Notes under the pieces: model-generated | The model's database searches: none | Seen by the model: only the letters and a program-made list of their open reading frames with translations | What the model was told of the DNA's origin: nothing | Source: Anaerolineales bacterium | GTDB taxonomy: Bacteria; Chloroflexota; Anaerolineae; Anaerolineales; Villigracilaceae | Reading direction: 5' to 3' | Assembly: GCA_035498395.1 (NCBI GenBank) | Contig: DATKAF010000297.1 | Coordinates: 930 to 64,929, forward strand | DNA length: 64,000 nt | Program-made: the position numbers and the translations under genes | In this document: positions 61,729 through 64,000 of the stretch, in pieces | How the letters are laid out: every line of letters starts with the position of its first letter | How positions within the stretch are numbered: the first letter of the stretch is position 1

Positions 61729-62704
61729 CATCCGCCGCCTGACGGCGGAGTTCACCCTGCAACAACGCGGCGCGCCAGACCGAGTCGCACGCGCACTGGA
61801 AGACGTTTCGTTCGACATGCTGCCGGGGCAGACGGTTGGATTGGTGGGCGAATCAGGCTGCGGCAAGACCACGACGCTGCTGGCGGCCATGCGGCTGCTG
61901 CCTGCCAACGGGCGCATCACCAGCGGCGAGGTCCGTTACAAGGGCAAGGACCTGCTAACCCTGAGCGAGCGCGAGATGCGCGAATACCGCTGGAAGGAGA
62001 TGTCCATCGTTTTCCAGGGGGCTATGAATGCGCTGAACCCGGTCATGAAGGTTGGCGACCAAATCGCCGAAGCGATCACGCTGCACCACCTGATGGACCG
62101 CCAGCAAGTGGAAGCACGCGTGATCGAGTTGCTGGAGCTGGTCGGCATCCCGCGCTCCCGCCGTGACCAGTATCCGCACCAGTATTCGGGCGGGATGAGG
62201 CAACGCGCCATGATCGCCATGGCACTGGCCTGCAAGCCCTCGCTGCTGTTCGCAGACGAGCCGACCACCGCGCTGGATGTCATGATCCAGGCGCAGGTAC
62301 TCGAACTGCTGCGGCACATTCAGCAAACGCTCGGACTTGCGATCGTGCTCGTCACGCACGACCTGGGCGTGGTAGCCGAAGTGTGCGATTCAGTGGTCGT
62401 CATGTACGGCGGCAAGGTTGCCGAGTGCGGCACAGCGGACCAGATCTACAACCATGCGCAGCATCCGTACACCCAGCGCCTGCTCGCCTCCTTTCCGGAC
62501 CTTGAACGGCCAGGGATGCAGCTAGCATCCATCCCCGGTACTCCGCCACGCCTCACGGAGCTGCCAAGTGGGTGCCGCTTCAGCCCGCGCTGTGATGTGA
62601 AACTGGACCTTTGCATGGAGGTAGACCCTCCAGCGGTAAAACTGGAGGAAGGGCACGTTGCCGCCTGCCACCTGCGCCGCGGGAAGGAGGCCCGCTCCGC
62701 ATGA
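61709..62704 (+). CDS. ABC transporter ATP-binding protein (OppD/DppD-like)
   Basis: Walker A GESGCGKTT, signature YSGGMRQR, Walker B LFADEPTTALD and the C-terminal oligopeptide-transporter Cys motif (GCRFSPRC). Confidence 0.95.
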   Translation: MSEPLLSIRRLTAEFTLQQRGAPDRVARALEDVSFDMLPGQTVGLVGESGCGKTTTLLAAMRLLPANGRITSGEVRYKGKDLLTLSEREMREYRWKEMSIVFQGAMNALNPVMKVGDQIAEAITLHHLMDRQQVEARVIELLELVGIPRSRRDQYPHQYSGGMRQRAMIAMALACKPSLLFADEPTTALDVMIQAQVLELLRHIQQTLGLAIVLVTHDLGVVAEVCDSVVVMYGGKVAECGTADQIYNHAQHPYTQRLLASFPDLERPGMQLASIPGTPPRLTELPSGCRFSPRCDVKLDLCMEVDPPAVKLEEGHVAACHLRRGKEARSA

Positions 62705-63699
62705 GCCAGCCGCCCATCCTGGAAGTCCGCGACCTCCATAAGTATTTCCCGGTTAGGCAGTCGCTGCTTCAGCGCAGCCCGTCCTTCGTGAAGGCGGTGG
62801 ACGGCGTTTCGTTCACGCTGGAGCGCGGCGAAGTGCTGGCAATCGTCGGCGAATCCGGCTGCGGAAAAACCACCATTGCCCGCACGTTGATCGGCCTGGA
62901 GGCGCCCACCAGCGGCAAGATGATCTTCGACAGCCGAAGCATCGGCGACGAGATCCCGCTCAAGGAGCTGCGCCGCCGAGCGCAGATGGTGTTCCAGGAC
63001 CCGTACGAGTCGCTCGACCCGCGGGCGACGATCGCAGAGACCATGGAGGAGCCGCTAATCGTCCACGGCATCGGCAGGTCTTCTGCCGAGCGAACCGAAT
63101 GCGCCTGCGCCGCTCTGGATGACGCCGGGCTGCGGCCCGCGACGGATTTCCTGCTACGCTATCCGCATGAGCTTTCCGGCGGCCAGCGCCAGCGCGTGGT
63201 GATCGCCGGCGCGATGGTGCTCGAGCCCGATTTGCTGATCGCCGATGAGCCGGTCTCGATGCTGGATGTCTCGATCCGCGCCGAGATCCTGAATCTACTG
63301 AACGAGCTGCGGCAGAAGCGCGGCGTGAGCATCGTCTTCATCACGCATGACCTTGGAACGGTGGGTTACTTCGCCGACCGCATCGCGGTCATGTATCTTG
63401 GCCGCATCGTGGAAACCGGCCCGACCGCGGAACTGCTCAAGAACCCGCAGCACCCGTACACGAAAGCACTGCTGTCCGTGGTGCCAGTGCCGAACCCGAG
63501 GCTGCGGCGCGAGCGAGTGATCCTGCAAGGCGAAACACCCAACGCCGCCAGTATCCCGCCGGGCTGCCGATTTCATCCGCGGTGTCCCATCGCCGGGGAG
63601 TCTTGCCGGATCACCGATCCACCTTATGTTCAGGTAGGGCCGAACCATTCGACTGCCTGTTTGCTGGTCGAGGAGCAAGCTTCTGACCTCCAAGCATAG
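62701..63699 (+). CDS. ABC transporter ATP-binding protein (OppF/DppF-like)
   Basis: Walker A GESGCGKTT, signature LSGGQRQR, Walker B LIADEPVSMLD and GCRFHPRC. ATGA overlap with the upstream stop. Confidence 0.95.
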   Translation: MSQPPILEVRDLHKYFPVRQSLLQRSPSFVKAVDGVSFTLERGEVLAIVGESGCGKTTIARTLIGLEAPTSGKMIFDSRSIGDEIPLKELRRRAQMVFQDPYESLDPRATIAETMEEPLIVHGIGRSSAERTECACAALDDAGLRPATDFLLRYPHELSGGQRQRVVIAGAMVLEPDLLIADEPVSMLDVSIRAEILNLLNELRQKRGVSIVFITHDLGTVGYFADRIAVMYLGRIVETGPTAELLKNPQHPYTKALLSVVPVPNPRLRRERVILQGETPNAASIPPGCRFHPRCPIAGESCRITDPPYVQVGPNHSTACLLVEEQASDLQA

Positions 63700-63718
63700 T
63701 GCCAGAAGGGTAAACACT

Positions 63719-63742
63719 TCGAGTCGGCTCGTCCCGGCTCGA
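63719..63742. terminator. Weak hairpin between convergent stops (9-bp stem with one mismatch)
   Basis: TCGAGTCGG-N6-CCGGCTCGA. No clear T-tract. Confidence 0.3.
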
Positions 63743-63743
63743 C

Positions 63744-64000
63744 CTATAAACCACCAAGCCAAGCGGCACTGACGGCAACCCTTGCTGTCAGTTCGATCTG
63801 ATTTCCGTCATGGTTATTTAATGAAGGCGATATTTGCATGGGCAAGCGCGGTGGCTGTTCCGGAGGATCGATCAGGCATTTTAGGTACAACACTTTCTGG
63901 CCGTTCTCGTAGGCGAACCTCCCACGGACATCGAGCAGCTCGATGATTTGTCGCCTAGCATTGAAATCAGCTTGATCCAGACCTTTTCTGATTTTAGCGC
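63744..64000 (-). CDS. C-terminal fragment of a possible large serine recombinase; the 5' end lies outside the window
   Basis: Frame open from the window edge to the TAG at 63744-63746: AKIRKGLDQADFNARRQIIELLDVRGRFAYENGQKVLYLKCLIDPP... The R-x-I-I-E-L-L-D-V-R ... G-Q-K-V pattern resembles C-terminal tails of large serine recombinases. Local GC is lower than the window average. Confidence 0.35.
   Translation of the reverse strand, partial: AKIRKGLDQADFNARRQIIELLDVRGRFAYENGQKVLYLKCLIDPPEQPPRLPMQISPSLNNHDGNQIELTARVAVSAAWLGGL

Noticed and set aside
1-64000. Search by eye for CRISPR arrays, tRNA/rRNA genes and IS/transposase genes.
   Set aside because: I saw no regularly spaced 25-40 nt repeats, no tRNA-like cloverleaf candidates in the few intergenic gaps, no rRNA-like stretches and no transposase-like ORFs. 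A proper tRNAscan/Infernal run is still advisable.

Overview
High-GC (by eye), gene-dense bacterial chromosomal segment. It holds about 55 credible CDS, mostly on the minus strand, and many are translationally coupled through ATGA, GTGA or TGATG start/stop overlaps. I recognised no rRNA, tRNA, CRISPR array or IS/transposase.

Blocks:
1. 223-20779 (-): an 18-gene Wzx/Wzy-type exopolysaccharide locus. It encodes a PCP/BY-kinase-like protein, NDP-amino-sugar synthesis genes, a phosphoglycosyltransferase-like protein, three GT4 enzymes, a Wzy-like protein, a flippase and a pectate-lyase-fold lipoprotein. It also carries acyltransferases and three atypical genes (15200-20779).
2. 20967-23106: a small excisionase-type HTH gene, a ~0.7 kb AT-rich ORF-free gap, a multi-His membrane protein (DUF4405-like?) with a small membrane protein, and a 40-aa ORF with its own SD and terminator.
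3. 23271-37013: a very large MoxR/DUF58/multi-VWA (Bat-like) gene set in one operon with an ABC-2 exporter and two large envelope proteins.
4. 37346-51835: a 14-gene co-directional catabolic island plus one divergent gene. It has two FGGY kinases, a GntR/HutC-type regulator, an APC permease, a HAD phosphatase, a G1P-dehydrogenase-like Fe-ADH and an SDR. Most notably, a GlpA-like flavoprotein is coupled to SdhB/SdhC/SdhD-like subunits. A consensus promoter with a palindrome and a strong terminator bound the island.
5. 51996-57635: HEAT-repeat protein, RseP-type site-2 protease, mevalonate-pathway decarboxylase and an S9 peptidase.
6. 58016-63699 (+): a five-gene Opp/Dpp-type ABC importer.
7. 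63744-64000: C-terminal fragment of a possible large serine recombinase in lower-GC DNA.

A Chloroflexota-like origin is only an inference from gene content. All product calls come from motifs read by eye in the supplied translations, with no database search. Coordinates of small RNA/DNA motifs may be off by 1-2 nt.
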